Source: Eledone cirrhosa (taxonomy: Eukaryota). Taken from it: 64,000 nucleotides of DNA. This document shows, piece after piece, positions 27,001 to 42,000 of this stretch. The notes beneath the pieces were generated by a model, which did no database searches, was not told the DNA's origin, and saw only the letters and a list, made by a program, of their open reading frames with translations. The translations under genes and the position numbers were made by a program. Each line of letters starts with the position of its first letter. Within the stretch, counting starts at the first letter, position 1. The stretch covers positions 13,640,001 through 13,704,000 of the forward strand of contig OZ024745.1 of assembly GCA_964016885.1 (NCBI GenBank), written 5' to 3'.

Positions 27001-30000
27001 GACACTCTCTCGTCCTGGTAAAAGAGGTGTAGGGACAGCAGAGATTGCTGGGGACATCAAGGAATAAACAGAGACACTCTCTCGTCCTGGTAAAAGAGGT
27101 GTAGGAAGAGCAAAGATTGCTGGGGACATCAAGGAATAAACAGAGACACTCTCTCGTCCTGGTGAAAGAGGTGTAGGAAGAGCAGAGATTGCTGGGGACA
27201 TCAAGGAATAAACAGAGACACTCTCTCGTCCTGGTAAAAGATGTGTAGGAAGAGCAAATATTGCTGGGGACATCAAGGAATAAACAGAGACACTCTCTCG
27301 TCCTGGTAAAAGAGGTGTAGGGACAGTAGCGATTGCTGGGGACATCAAGGAATAAACAGAGACACTCTCTCGTCCTGGTAAAAGAGGTGTAGGGACAGTA
27401 GTGATTGCTGGGGACATCAAGGAATAAACAGAGACACTCTCTCTTCCTGGTAAAAGAGGTGTAGGGACAGCAGAGATTGCTTGGGACATCAAGGAATAAA
27501 CAGATCCACTCTCTCGTCCTGGTAAAAAAAGGTGTAGGGACAGCAGAGATTGCTGGGGGACATCAAGGAATAAACAGAGACACTCTCTCGTCCTGGTAAA
27601 AGAGGTGTAGGGACAGTAGAGATTGCTGGGGACATCAAGGAATAAACAGAGACACTCTCTCGTCCTGGTAAAAGAGGTGTAGGAAGAGCAGAGATTGCTG
27701 GGGACATCAAGGAATAAACAGAGACACTCTCTCGTCCTTGTAAAAGAGGTGTAGGAAGAGCAAAGATTGCTGGGGACATCAAGGAATAAACAGAGACACT
27801 CTCTCGTCCTGGTAAAAGAGGTGTTTGGACAGCAAAGATTGCTGGGGACATCAAGGAATAAACAGAGACACTCTCTCGTCCTGGTAAAAGAGGTGTAGGA
27901 AGAGCAAAGATTGCTGGGGACATCAAGGAATGAACAGATACACTCTCTCGTCCTGGTAAAAGGGGTGTACGGACAGCAGAGATTGCTGGGGACATCAAGG
28001 AATAAACAGAGACACTCTCTCGTCCTGGTAAAAAAAAGGTGTAGGGACAGCAGAGATTGCTGGGGACATCAAGGAATAAACAGAGACACTCTCTCGTCCT
28101 GGTAAAAGAGGTGTAGGGACAGTAGAGATTGCTGGGGACATCAAGGAATAAACAGAGACACTCTCTCGTCCTGGTAAAAGAGGTGTAGTGACAGTAGAGA
28201 TTGCTGGGGACATCAAGGAATAAACAGAGACACTCTCTCCTCCTGGTAAAAGAGGTGTAGGAAGAGCAGAGATTGCTGGGGACATCAAGGAATAAACAGA
28301 GACACTCTCTCGTCCTGGTAAAAGAGGTGTAGGAAGAGCAGAGATTGCTGGGGACATCAAGGAATAAACAGAGACACTCTCTCGTCCTTGTAAAAGAGGT
28401 GTAGGAAGAGCAAAGATTGCTGGGGACATCAAGGAATAAACAGAGACACTCTCTCGTCCTGGTAAAAGAGGTGTTGGGACAGCAAAGATTGCTGGGGACA
28501 TCAAGGAATAAACAGAGACACTCTCTCGTCCTGGTAAAAGAGGTGTAGGAAGAGCAAAGATTGCTGGGGACATCAAGGAATGAACAGATACACTCTCTCG
28601 TCCTGGTAAAAGGGGTGTAGGGACAGCAGAGATTGCTGGGGACATCAAGGAATAAACAGAGACACTCTCTCGTCCTGGTAAAAAAAAGGTGTAGGGACAG
28701 CAGAGATTGCTGGGGACATCAAGGAATAAACAGAGACACTTTCTCGTCCTGGTAAAAGAGGTGTAGGGACAGTAGAGATTGCTGGGGACATCAAGGAATA
28801 AACAGAGACACTCTCTCGTCCTGGTAAAAGAGGTGTACTGACAGTAGAGATTGCTGGGGACATCAAGGAATAAACAGAGACACTCTCTCCTCCTGGTAAA
28901 AGAGGTGTAGGAAGAGCAGAGATTGATGGGGACATCAAGGAATAAACAGAGACACTCTCTCGTCCTGGTAAAAGAGGTGTAGGAAGAGCAAAGATTGCTG
29001 GGGACATCAAGGAATAAACAGAGACACTCTCTCGTCCTGGTAAAAGAGGTGTAGGGACAGCAATGATTGCTGGGGACATCAAGGAATAAACAGAGACACT
29101 CTCTCGTACTGGTAAAAGAGGTGTAGGAAGAGCAAAGATTGCTGTGGACATCAAGGAATAAACAGAGACACTCTCTCGTCCTGGTAAAAGAGGTGTAGGG
29201 ACAGCAGAGATTGCTGGGGACATCAAGGAATAAACAGAGACACTCTCTCGTCCTGGTAAAAGAGGTGTAGGGACAGCAATGATTGCTGGGGACATCAAGG
29301 AATAAACAGAGACACTCTCTCGTACTGGTAAAAGAGGTGTAGGAAGAGCAAAGATTGCTGTGGACATCAAGGAATAAACAGAGACACTCTCTCGTCCTGG
29401 TAAAAGAGGTGTAGGGACAGCAGAGATTGCTGGGGACATCAAGGAATAAACAGAGACACTCTCTCGTCCTGGTAAAAGAGGTGTAGGGACAGTAGATATT
29501 GCTGGGGACATCAAGGAATAGACAGAGACACTCTCTCGTCCTGGTAAAAGAGGTGTAAGGACAGCAGAGATTGCTGGGGACATCAAGGAATAAACAAAGA
29601 CAATCTCTCGTCCAGGTAAAAGAGCTGTAGGGACAGCAGAGATTGCTGGGGACATCAAGGAATAAACAGAGACACTCTCTCGTCCTGGTAAAAGAGGTGT
29701 AAGAACAGCACAGATTACTGGGGACATCAAGGAATAAACAGAGACACTCTCTCGTCCTGGTAACAGAGGTGTAGGAAGAGCAGAGATTGCTGGGGACATC
29801 AAGGAATAAACAGAGACACTCTCTCGTCCTGGTAAAAGAGGTGTAGGAAGAGCAGAGATTGCTGGGGACATCAAGGAATAAAGAGAGACACTCTCTCGTC
29901 CTGGTAAAAGAGGTGTAGGAACAGCAGATATTTCTGGGGACATCAAGGAATAAACAGATACACTCTCTCGTCCTGGTAAAAGAGGTGTAGGGACAGCAGA

Positions 30001-33000
30001 GATTGCTGGGGACATCAAGGAATAAACAGAGACACTCTCTCGTCCTGGTAAAAGAGGTGTAGGGACAGCAGAGATTGCTGGGTACATCAAGGAATAAACA
30101 GAGACACTCTCTCGTCCTGGTAAAAGAGGTGTAGGGACAGCAGAGATTGCTTGGGACATCAAGGAATAAACAGATCCACTCTCTCGTCCTGGTAAAAAAA
30201 GGTGTAGGGACAGCAGAGATTGCTGGGGGACATCAAGGAATAAACAGATACACTCTCTCGTCCTGGTAAAAGATGTGTAGGAAGAGCAAAAATTGCTGGG
30301 GACATCAAGGAATAAACAGAGACACTCTCTCGTCCTGGTAAAAGAGGTGTGGGGACAGTAGTGATTGCTGGGGTCATTAAGGAATAAACAGAGACACTCT
30401 CTCCTCCTGGTAAAAGAGGTGTAGGGACAGCAGAGATTGCTGGGGACATCAAGGAATAAACAGAGACACTCTCTCGTCCTGGTAAAAGAGGTGTAGGGAC
30501 AGTAGAGTTTGCTGGGGACATCAAGGAATAAACAGAGACACTCTCTCGTCCTGGTGAAAGAGGTGTAGGAAGAGCAGAGATTGCTGGGGACATCAAGGAA
30601 TAAACAGAGACACTCTCTCGTCCTGGTAAAAGATGTGTAGGAAGAGCAAATATTGCTGGGGACATCAAGGAATAAACAGAGACACTCTCTCGTCCTGGTA
30701 AAAGAGGTGTAGGGACAGTAGTGATTGCTCGGGACATCAAGGAATAAACAGAGACACTCTCTCTTCCTGGTAAAAGAGGTGTAGGGGCAGCAGAGATTGC
30801 TGGGTACATCAAGGAATAAACAGGGACACTCTCTCGTCCTGGTAAAAGAGGTGTAGTGACAGTAGAGATTGCTGGGGACATCAAGGAATAAACAGAGACA
30901 CTCTCTCCTCCTGGTAAAAGAGGTGTAGGAAGAGCAGAGTTTGCTGGGGACATCAAGGAATAAACAGAGACACTCTCTCGTCCTGGTAAAAGAGGTGTAG
31001 GAAGAGCAGAGATTGCTGGGGACATCAAGGAATAAACAGAGACACTCTCTCGTCCTTGTAAAAGAGGTGTAGGAAGAGCAAAGATTGCTGGGGACATCAA
31101 GGAATAAACAGAGACACTCTCTCGTCCTGGTAAAAGAGGTGTTGGGACAGCAAAGATTGCTGGGGACATCAAGGAATAAACAGAGACACTCTCTCGTCCT
31201 GGTAAAAGAGGTGTAGGAAGAGCAAAGATTGTTGGGGACATCAAGGAATGAACAGATACACTCTCTCGTCCTGGTAAAAGGGGTGTAGGGACAGCAGAGA
31301 TTGCTGGGGACATCAAGGAATAAACAGAGACACTTTCTCGTCCTGGTAAAAAAAAGGTGTAGGGACAGCAGAGATTGCTGGGGACATCAAGGAATAAACA
31401 GAGACACTCTCTCGTCCTGGTAAAAGAGGTGTAGGGACAGTAGAGATTGCTGGGGACATCAAGGAATAAACAGAGACACTCTCTCGTCCTGGTAAAAGAG
31501 GTGTAGTGACAGTAGAGATTGCTGGGGACATCAAGGAATAAACAGAGACACTCTCTCCTCCTGGTAAAAGAGGTGTAGGAAGAGCAGAGATTGCTGGGGA
31601 CATCAAGGAATAAACAGAGACACTCTCTCGTCCTGGTAAAAGAGGTGTAGGAAGAGCAAAGATTGCTGGGGACATCAAGGAATAAACAGAGACACTCTCT
31701 CGTCCTGGTAAAAGAGGTGTAGGGACAGCAATGATTGCTGGGGACATCAAGGAATAAACAGAGACACTCTCTCGTCCTGGTAAAAGATGTGTAGGAAGAG
31801 CAAAAATTGCTGGGGACATCAAGGAATGAACAGAGACACTCTCTCGTCCTGGTAAAAGAGGTGTGGGGACAGTAGTGATTGCTGGGGTCATTAAGGAATA
31901 AACAGAGACACTCTCTCCTCCTGGTAAAAGAGGTGTAGGGACAGCAGAGATTGCTGGGGACATCAAGGAATAAACAGAGACACTCTCTCGTCCTGGTAAA
32001 AGAGGTGTAGGGACAGTAGAGTTTGCTGGGGACATCAAGGAATAAACAGAGACACTCTCTCGTCCTGGTGAAAGAGGTGTAGGAAGAGCAGAGATTGCTG
32101 GGGACATCAAGGAATAAACAGAGACACTCTCTCGTCCTGGTAAAAGATGTGTAGGAAGAGCAAATATTGCTGGGGACATCAAGGAATAAACAGAGACACT
32201 CTCTCGTCCTGGTAAAAGAGGTGTAGGGACAGTAGTGATTGCTGGGGACATCAAGGAATAAACAGAGACAATCTCTCTTCCTGGTAAAAGAGGTGTAGGG
32301 ACAGCAGAGATTGCTGGGTACATCAAGGAATAAACAGGGACACTCTCTCGTCCTGGTAAAAGAGGTGTAGTGACAGTAGAGATTGCTGGGGACATCAAGG
32401 AATAAACAGAGACACTCTCTCCTCCTGGTAAAAGAGGTGTAGGAAGAGCAGAGTTTGCTGGGGACATCAAGGAATAAACAGAGACACTCTCTCGTCCTGG
32501 TAAAAGAGGTGTAGGAAGAGCAGAGATTGCTGGGGACATCAAGGAATAAACAGAGACACTCTCTCGTCCTTGTAAAAGAGGTGTAGGAATAGCAAAGATT
32601 GCTGGGGACATCAAGGAATAAACAGAGACACTCTCTCGTCCTGGTAAAAGAGGTGTTGGGACAGCAAAGATTGCTGGGGACATCAAGGAATAAACAGAGA
32701 CACTCTCTCGTCCTGGTAAAAGAGGTGTAGGAAGAGCAAAGATTGCTGGGGACATCAAGGAATGAACAGATACACTCTCTCGTCCTGGTAAAAGGGGTGT
32801 AGGGACAGCAGAGATTGCTGGGGACATCAAGGAATAAACAGAGACACTTTCTCGTCCTGGTAAAAAAAAGGTGTAGGGACAGCAGAGATTGCTGGGGACA
32901 TCAAGGAATAAACAGAGACACTCTCTCGTCCTGGTAAAAGAGGTGTAGGGACAGTAGAGATTGCTGGGGACATCAAGGAATAAACAGAGACACTCTCTCG

Positions 33001-36000
33001 TCCTGGTAAAAGAGGTGTAGTGACAGTAGAGATTGCTGGGGACATCAAGGAATAAACAGAGACACTCTCTCCTCCTGGTAAAAGAGGTGTAGGAAGAGCA
33101 GAGATTGCTGGGGACATCAAGGAATAAACAGAGACACTCTCTCGTCCTGGTAAAAGAGGTGTAGGAAGAGCAAAGATTGCTGGGGACATCAAGGAATAAA
33201 CAGAGACACTCTCTCGTCCTGGTAAAAGAGGTGTAGGGACAGCAATGATTGCTGGGGACATCAAGGAATAAACAGAGACACTCTCTCGTCCTGGTAAAAG
33301 AGGTGTAGGAAGAGCAAAGATTGCTGTGGACATCAAGGAATAAACAGAGACACTCTCTCGTCCTGGTAAAAGAGATGTAGGAAGAGCAAAGATTGCTGGG
33401 GATATCAAGGAATAAACAGAGACACTCTCTCGTCCTGGTAAAAGAGGTGTAGGGACAGCAGAGATTGCTGGGGACATCAAGGAATAAACTGAGACACTCT
33501 CTCGTCCTGGTAAAAGAGGTGTAGGGTCAGTAGATATTGCTGGGGACATCAAGGAATAAACAGAGACACTCTCTCGTCCTGGTAAAAGAGGTGTAAGGAC
33601 AGCAGAGATTGCTGGGGACATCAAGGAATAAAGAAAGACAATCTCTCGTCCTGGTAAAAGAGCTGTAGGGACAGCAGAGATTGCTGGGGACATCAAGGAA
33701 TAAACAGAGACACTCTCTCGTCCTGGTAAAAGAGGTGTAAGAACAGCACAGATAACTGGGGACATCAAGGAATAAACAGATACACTCTCTCGTCCTGGTA
33801 ACAGAGGTGTAGGAACAGCAGATATTTCTGGGGACATCAAGGAATAAACAGATACACTCTCTCGTCCTGGTAAAAGAGGTGTAGGGACAGCAGAGATTGC
33901 TGGGGACATCAAAGAATAAACAGAGACACTCTCTCGTCCTGGTAAAAGAGGTGTAGGGACAGCAGAGATTGCTGGGTACATCAAGGAATAAACAGAGACA
34001 CTCTCTCGTCCTGGTAAAAGAGGTGTAGGGACAGCAGAGATTGCTTGGGACATCAAGGAATAAACAGATCCACTCTCTCGTCCTGGTAAAAAAAGGTGTA
34101 GGGACAGCAGAGATTGCTGGGGACATCAAGGAATAAACAGAGACACTCTCTCGTCCTGGTAAAAGATGTGTAGGAAGAGCAAAATTTGCTGAGGACATCA
34201 AGGAATAAACAGAGACACTCTCTCGTCCTGGTAAAAGAGGTGTGGTGACAGTAGTGATTGCTGGGGTCATTAAGGAATAAACAGAGACACTCTCTCCTCC
34301 TGGTAAAAGAGGTGTAGGGACAGCAGAGATTGCTGGGGACATCAAGGAATAAACAGAGACACTCTCTCGTCCTGGTAAAAGAGGTGTAGGAAGAGCAAAG
34401 ATTGCTGGGGACATCAAGGAATAAACAGAGACACTCTCTCGTCCTGGTGAAAGAGGTGTAGGAAGAGCAGAGATTGCTGGGGACATCAAGGAATAAACAG
34501 AGACACTCTCTCGTCCTGGTAAAAGATGTGTAGGAAGAGCAAATATTGCTGGGGACATCAAGGAATAAACAGAGACACTCTCTCGTCCTGGTAAAAGAGG
34601 TGTAGGGACAGTAGTGATTGCTGGGGACATCAAGGAATAAACAGAGACACTCTCTCTTCCTGGTAAAAGAGGTGTAGGGACAGCAGAGATTGCTGGGTAC
34701 ATCAAGGAATAAACAGAGACACTCTCTCGTCCTGGTAAAAGAGGTGTAGGGACAGCAGAGATTGCTTGGGACATCAAGGAATAAACAGATCCACTCTCTC
34801 GTCCTGGTAAAAAAAGGTGTAGGGACAGCAGAGATTGCTGGGGGACATCAAGGAATAAACAGAGACACTCTCTCGTCCTGGTGAAAGAGGTGTAGGGACA
34901 GTAGAGATTGCTGGGGACATCAAGGAATAAACAGAGACACTCTCTCGTCCTGGTAAAAGAGGTGTAGGGACAGTAGAGATTGCTGGGGACATCAAGGAAT
35001 AAACAGAGACACTCTCTCCTCCTGGTAAAGAGGTGTAGGAAGAGCAGAGATTGCTGGGGACATCAAGGAATAAACAGAGACACTCTCTCGTCCTGGTAAA
35101 AGAGGTGTAGGAAGAGCCGAGATTGCTGGGGACATCAAGGAATAAACAGAGACACTCTCTCGTCCTTGTAAAAGAGGTGTAGGAAGAGCAAAGATTGCTG
35201 GGGACATCAAGGAATAAACAGAGACACTCTCTCGTCCTGGTAAAAGAGGTGTTGGGACAGCAAAGATTGCTGGGGACATCAAGGAATAAAAGAGACACTC
35301 TCTCGTCCTGGTAAAAGAGGTGTAGGAAGAGCAAAGATTGCTGGGGACATCAAGGAATGAACAGATACACTCTCTCGTCCTGGTAAAAGGGGTGTAGGGA
35401 CAGCAGAGATTGCTGGGTACATCAAGCAATAAACAGAGACACTCTCTCGTCCTGGTAAAAAAAAGGTGTAGCGACAGCAGAGATTGCTGGGGACATCAAG
35501 GAATAAACAGAGACACTATCTCTTCCTGGTAAAAGAGGTGTAGGGACAGTAGAGATTGCTGGGGACATCAAGGAATAAACAGAGACACTCTCTCGTCCTG
35601 GTAAAAGAGGTGTAGTGACAGTAGAGATTGCTGGGGACATCAAGGAATAAACAGAGACACTCTCTCCTCCTGGTAAAAGAGGTGTAGGAAGAGCAGAGAT
35701 TGCTGGGGACATCAAGGAATAAACAGAGACACTCTCTCGTCCTGGTAAAAGAGGTGTAGGAAGAGCAAAGATTGCTGGGGACATCAAGGAATAAACAGAG
35801 ACACTCTCTCGTCCTGGTAAAAGAGGTGTAGGGACAGCAATGATTGCTGGGGACATCAAGGAATAAACAGAGACACTCTCTCGTCCTGGTAAAAGAGGTG
35901 TAGGAAGAGCAACAATTGCTGGGGACATCAAGGAATAAACAGAGACGCTCTCTCGTCCTGGTAAAAGAGGTGTGGGGACAGTAGTAATTGCTGGGGACAT

Positions 36001-39000
36001 TAAGGAATAAACAGAGACACTCTCTCGTCCTGGTAAAAGAGGTGTAGGAAGAGCAAAGATTGCTGGGGACATCAAGGAATAAACAGAGACACTCTCTCGT
36101 CCTGGTAAAAGAGGTGTAGGAAGAGCAGAGATTGCTGGGGACATCAAGGAATAAACAGAGACACTCTCTCGTCCTGGTAAAAGATGTGTAGGAAGAGCAA
36201 ATATTGCTGGGGACATCAAGGAATAAACAGAGACACTCTCTCGTCCTGGTAAAAGAGGTGTAGGGACAGTAGCGATTGCTGGGGACATCAAGGAATAAAC
36301 AGAGACACTCTCTCGTCCTGGTAAAAGAGGTGTAGGGACAGTAGAGATTGCTGGGGACATCAAGGAATATACAGAGACACTCTCTCTTCCTGGTAAAAGA
36401 GGTGTAGGGACAGCAGAGATTGCTGGGGACATCAAGGAATAAACAGAGACACTCTCTCGTCCTGGTAAAAGAGGTGTAGGAAGAGCAGAGATTGCTGGGG
36501 ACATCAAGGAATAAACAGAGACACTCTCTCGTCCTGGTAAAAGAAGTGTAGGAAGAGCAAAGATTGCTGGGGACATCAAGGAATAAACAGATACACTCTC
36601 TCGTCCTGGTAAAAGGAGTGTAGGAACAGCAGAGATTGCTGGGACATCAAGGAATAAACAGAGACACTCTCTCGTCCTGGTAAAAAAAGGTGTAGGGACA
36701 GCAGAGATTGCTGGGGACATCAAGGAATAAACAGAGACACTCTCTCGTCCTGGTAAAAGAGGTGTAGGGACAGTAGAGGTTGCTGGGGACATCAAGGAAT
36801 AAACAGAGACACTGTCTCGTCCTGGTAAAAGAGGTGTAGTGACAGTAGAGATTGCTGGGGACATCAAGGAATAAACAGAGACACTCTCTCCTCCTGGTAA
36901 AAGAGGTGTAGGAAGAGCAGAGATTGCTGGGGACATCAAGGAATAAACAGAGACACTCTCTCGTCCTGGTAAAAGAGGTGTAGGAAGAGCAGAGATTGCT
37001 GGGGACATCAAGGAATAAACAGAGACACTCTCTCGTCCTTGTAAAAGAGGTGTAGGAAGAGCAAAGATTGCTGGGGACATCAAGGAATAAACAGAGACAC
37101 TCTCTCGTCCTGGTAAAAGAGGTGTTGGGACAGCAAAGATTGCTGGGGACATCAAGGAATAAACAGAGACACTCTCTCGTCCTGGTAAAAGAGGTGTAGG
37201 AAGAGCAAAGATTGCTGGGGACATCAAGGAATGAACAGATACACTCTCTCGTCCTGGTAAAAGGGGTGTAGGGACAGCAGTGATTGCTGGGGACATCAAG
37301 GAATAAACAGAGACACTCTCTCGTCCTGGTAAAAAAAAGGTGTAGGGACAGCAGAGATTGCTGGGGACATCAAGGAATAAACAGAGACACTTTCTCGTCC
37401 TGGTAAAAGAGGTGTAGGGACAGTAGAGATTGCTGGGGACATCAAGGAATAAACAGAGACACTCTCTCGTCCTGGTAAAAGAGGTGTAGTGACAGTAGAG
37501 ATTGCTGGGGACATCAAGGAATAAACAGAGACACTCTCTCCTCCTGGTAAAAGAGGTGTAGGAAGAGCAGAGATTGCTGGGGACATCAAGGAATAAACAG
37601 AGACACTCTCTCGTCCTGGTAAAAGAGGTGTAGGAACAGCACAGATTACTGGGGACATCAAGGAATAAACAGAGACACTCTCTCGTCCTGGTAACAGAGG
37701 TGTAGGAAGAGCAGAGATTGCTGGGGACATCAAGGAATAAAGAGAGACACTCTCTCGTCCTGGTAAAAGAGGTCTAGGAACAGCAGATATTTCTGGGGAC
37801 ATCAAGGAATAAACAGATACACTCTCTCGTCCTGGTAAAAGAGGTGTAGGGACAGCAGAGATTGCTGGGGACATCAAGGAATAAACAGAGACACTCTCTC
37901 GTCCTGGTAAAAAAAAGGTGTAGGGACAGCAGAGATTGCTGGGGACATCAAGGAATAAACAGAGACACTCTCTCGTCCTGGTAAAAGAGGTGTAGGGACA
38001 GCAATGATTGCTGGGGACATCAAGGAATAAACAGAGACACTCTCTCGTACTGGTAAAAGAGGTGTAGGAAGAGCAAAGATTGGTGGGGACATCAAGGAAT
38101 AAACAGAGACACTCTCTCGTCCTGGTAAAAGAGGTGTAGGGACAGCAGAGATTGCTGGGGACATCAAGGAATAAACAGAGACACTCTCTCGTCCTGGTAA
38201 AAGAGGTGTAGGGACAGTAGATATTGCTGGGGACATCAAGGAATAGACAGAGACACTCTCTCGTCCTGGTAAAAGAGGTGTAAGGACAGCAGAGATTGCT
38301 GGGGACATCAAGGAATAAACAAAGACAATCTCTCGTCCTGGTAAAAGAGCTGTAGGGACAGCAGAGATTGCTGGGGACATCAAGGAATAAACAGAGACAC
38401 TCTCTCGTCCTGGTAAAAGAGGTGTAAGAACAGCACAGATTACTGGGGACATCAAGGAATAAACAGAGACACTCTCTCGTCCTGGTAACAGAGGTGTAGG
38501 AAGAGCAGAGATTGCTGGCGACATCAAGGAATAAAGAGAGACACTCTCTCGTCCTGGTAAAAGAGGTGTAGGAACAGCAGATATTTCTGGGGACATCAAG
38601 GAATAAACAGATACACTCTCTCGTCCTGGTAAAAGAGGTGTAGGGACAGCAGAGATTGCTGGGGACATCAAGGAATAAACAGAGACACTCTCTCGTCCTG
38701 GTAAAAGAGGTGTAGGGACAGCAGAGATTGCTTGGGACATCAAGGAATAAACAGATCCACTCTCTCGTCCTGGTAAAAAAAGGTGTAGGGACAGCAGAGA
38801 TTGCTGGGGGACATCAAGGAATAAACAGAGACACTCTCTCGTCCTGGTAAAAGATGTGTAGGAAGAGCAAAAATTGCTGGGGACATCAAGGAATAAACAG
38901 AGACACTCTCTCGTCCTGGTAAAAGAGGTGTGGGGACAGTAGTGATTGCTGGGGTCATTAAGGAATAAACAGAGACACTCTCTCCTCCTGGTAAAAGAGG

Positions 39001-42000
39001 TGTAGGGACAGCAGAGATTGCTGGGGACATCAAGGAATAAACAGAGACACTCTCTCGTCCTGGTAAAAGAGGTGTAGGGACAGTAGAGTTTGCTGGGGAC
39101 ATCAAGGAATAAACAGAGACACTCTCTCGTCCTGGTGAAAGAGGTGTAGGAAGAGCAGAGATTGCTGGGGACATCAAGGAATAAACAGAGACACTCTCTC
39201 GTCCTGGTAAAAGATGTGTAGGAAGAGCAAATATTGCTGGGGACATCAAGGAATAAACAGAGACACTCTCTCGTCCTGGTAAAAGAGGTGTAGGGACAGT
39301 AGTGATTGCTGGGGACATCAAGGAATAAACAGAGACACTCTCTCTTCCTGGTAAAAGAGGTGTAGGGACAGCAGAGATTGCTGGGTACATCAAGGAATAA
39401 ACAGGGACACTCTCTCGTCCTGGTAAAAGAGGTGTAGTGACAGTAGAGATTGCTGGGGACATCAAGGAATAAACAGAGACACTCTCTCCTCCTGGTAAAA
39501 GAGGTGTAGGAAGAGCAGAGATTGCTGGGGACATCAAGGAATAAACAGAGACACTCTCTCGTCCTGGTAAAAGAGGTGTAGGAAGAGCAGAGATTGCTGG
39601 GGACATCAAGGAATAAACAGAGACACGCTCTCGTCCTTGTAAAAGAGGTGTAGGAAGAGCAAAGATTGCTGGGGACATCAAGGAATAAACAGAGACACTC
39701 TCTCGTCCTGGTAAAAGAGGTGTTGGGACAGCAAAGATTGCTGGGGACATCAAGGAATAAACAGAGACACTCTCTCGTCCTGGTAAAAGAGGTGTAGGAA
39801 GAGCAAAGATTGCTGGGGACATCAAGGAATGAACAGATACACTCTCTCGTCCTGGTAAAAGGGGTGTAGGGACAGCAGAGATTGCTGGGGACATCAAGGA
39901 ATAAACAGAGACACTTTCTAGTCCTGGTAAAAAAAAGGTGTAGTGACAGCAGAGATTGCTGGGGACATCAAGGAATAAACAGAGACACTCTCTCGTCCTG
40001 GTAAAAGAGGTGTAGGGACAGTAGAGATTGCTGGGGACATCAAGGAATAAACAGAGACACTCTCTCGTCCTGGTAAAAGAGGTGTAGTGACAGTAGAGAT
40101 TGCTGGGGACATCAAGGAATAAACAGAGACACTCTCTCCTCCTGGTAAAAGAGGTGTAGGAAGAGCAGAGATTGCTGGGGACATCAAGGAATAAACAGAG
40201 ACACTCTCTCGTCCTGGTAAAAGAGGTGTAGGAAGAGCAAAGATTGCTGGGGACATCAAGGAATAAACAGAGACACTCTCTCGTCCTGGTAAAAGAGGTG
40301 TAGGGACAGCAATAATTGCTGGGGACATCAAGGAATAAACAGAGACACTCTCTCGTCCTGGTAAAAGAGGTGTAGGAAGAGCAAAGATTGCTGTGGACGT
40401 CAAGGAATAAACAGAGACACTCTCTCGTCCTGGTAAAAGAGATGTAGGAAGAGCAAAGATTGCTGGGGACATCAAGGAATAAACAGAGACACTCTCTCGT
40501 CCTGGTAAAAGAGGTGTAGGGACAGCAGAGATTGCTGGGGACATCAAGGAATAAACAGAGACACTCTCTCGTCCTGGTAAAAGAGGTGTAGGGACAGCAG
40601 AGATTGCTGGGGACATCAAGGAATAGACAGAGACACTCTCTCGTCCTGGTAAAAGAGGTGTAAGGACAGCAGAGATTGCTGGGGACATCAAGGAATAAAG
40701 AAAGACAATCTCTCGTCCTGGTAAAAGAGCTGTAGGGACAGCAGAGATTGCTGGGGACATCAAGGAATAAACAGAGACACTCTCTCGTCCTGGTAAAAGA
40801 GGTGTAAGAACAGCACAGATAACTGGGTACATCAAGGAATAAACAGATACACTCTCTCGTCCTGGTAACAGAGGTGTAGGAACAGCAGATATTTCTGGGG
40901 ACATCAAGGAATAAACAGATACACTCTCTCGTCCTGGTAAAAGAGGTGTAGGGACAGCAGAGATTGCTGGGGACATCAAGGAATAAACAGAGACACTCTC
41001 TCGTCCTGGTAAAAGAGGTGTAGGGACAGCAGAGATTGCTGGGTACATCAAGGAATAAACAGAGTCACTCTCTCGTCCTGGTAAAAGAGGTGTAGGGACA
41101 GCAGAGATTGCTTGGGACATCAAGGAATAAACAGATCCACTCTCTCGTCCTGGTAAAAAAAGGTGTAGGGACAGCAGAGATTGCTGGGGACATCAAGGAA
41201 TAAACAGAGACACTCTCTCGTCCTGGTAAAAGATGTGTAGGAAGAGCAAAAATTGCTGAGGACATCAAGGAATAAACAGAGACACTCTCTCGTCCTGGTA
41301 AAAGAGGTGTGGGGACAGTAGTGATTGCTGGGGTCATTAAGGAATAAACAGAGACACTCTCTCCTCCTGGTAAAAGAGGTGTAGGGACAGCAGAGATTGC
41401 TGGGGACATCAAGGAATAAACAGAGACACTCTCTCGTCCTGGTAAAAGAGGTGTAGGAAGAGCAAAGATTGCTGGGGACATCAAGGAATAAACAGAGACA
41501 CTCTCTCGTCCTGGTGAAAGAGGTGTAGGAAGAGCAGAGATTGCTGGGGACATCAAGGAATAAACAGAGACACTCTCTCGTCCTGGTAAAAGATGTGTAG
41601 GAAGAGCAAATATTGCTGGGGACATCAAGGAATAAACAGAGACACTCTCTCGTCCTGGTAAAAGAGGTGTAGGGACAGTAGTGATTGCTGGGGACATCAA
41701 GGAATAAACAGAGACACTCTCTCTTCCTGGTAAAAGAGGTGTAGGGACAGCAGAGATTGCTGGGTACATCAAGGAATAAACAGGGAGACTCTCTCGTCCT
41801 GGTAAAAGAGGTGTAGGGACAGCAGAGATTGCTTGGGACATCAAGGAATAAACAGATCCACTCTCTCGTCCTGGTAAAAAAAGGTGTAGGGACAGCAGAG
41901 ATTGCTGGGGGACATCAAGGAATAAACAGAGACACTCTCTCGTCCTGGTGAAAGAGGTGTAGGGACAGTAGAGATTGCTGGGGACATCAAGGAATAAACA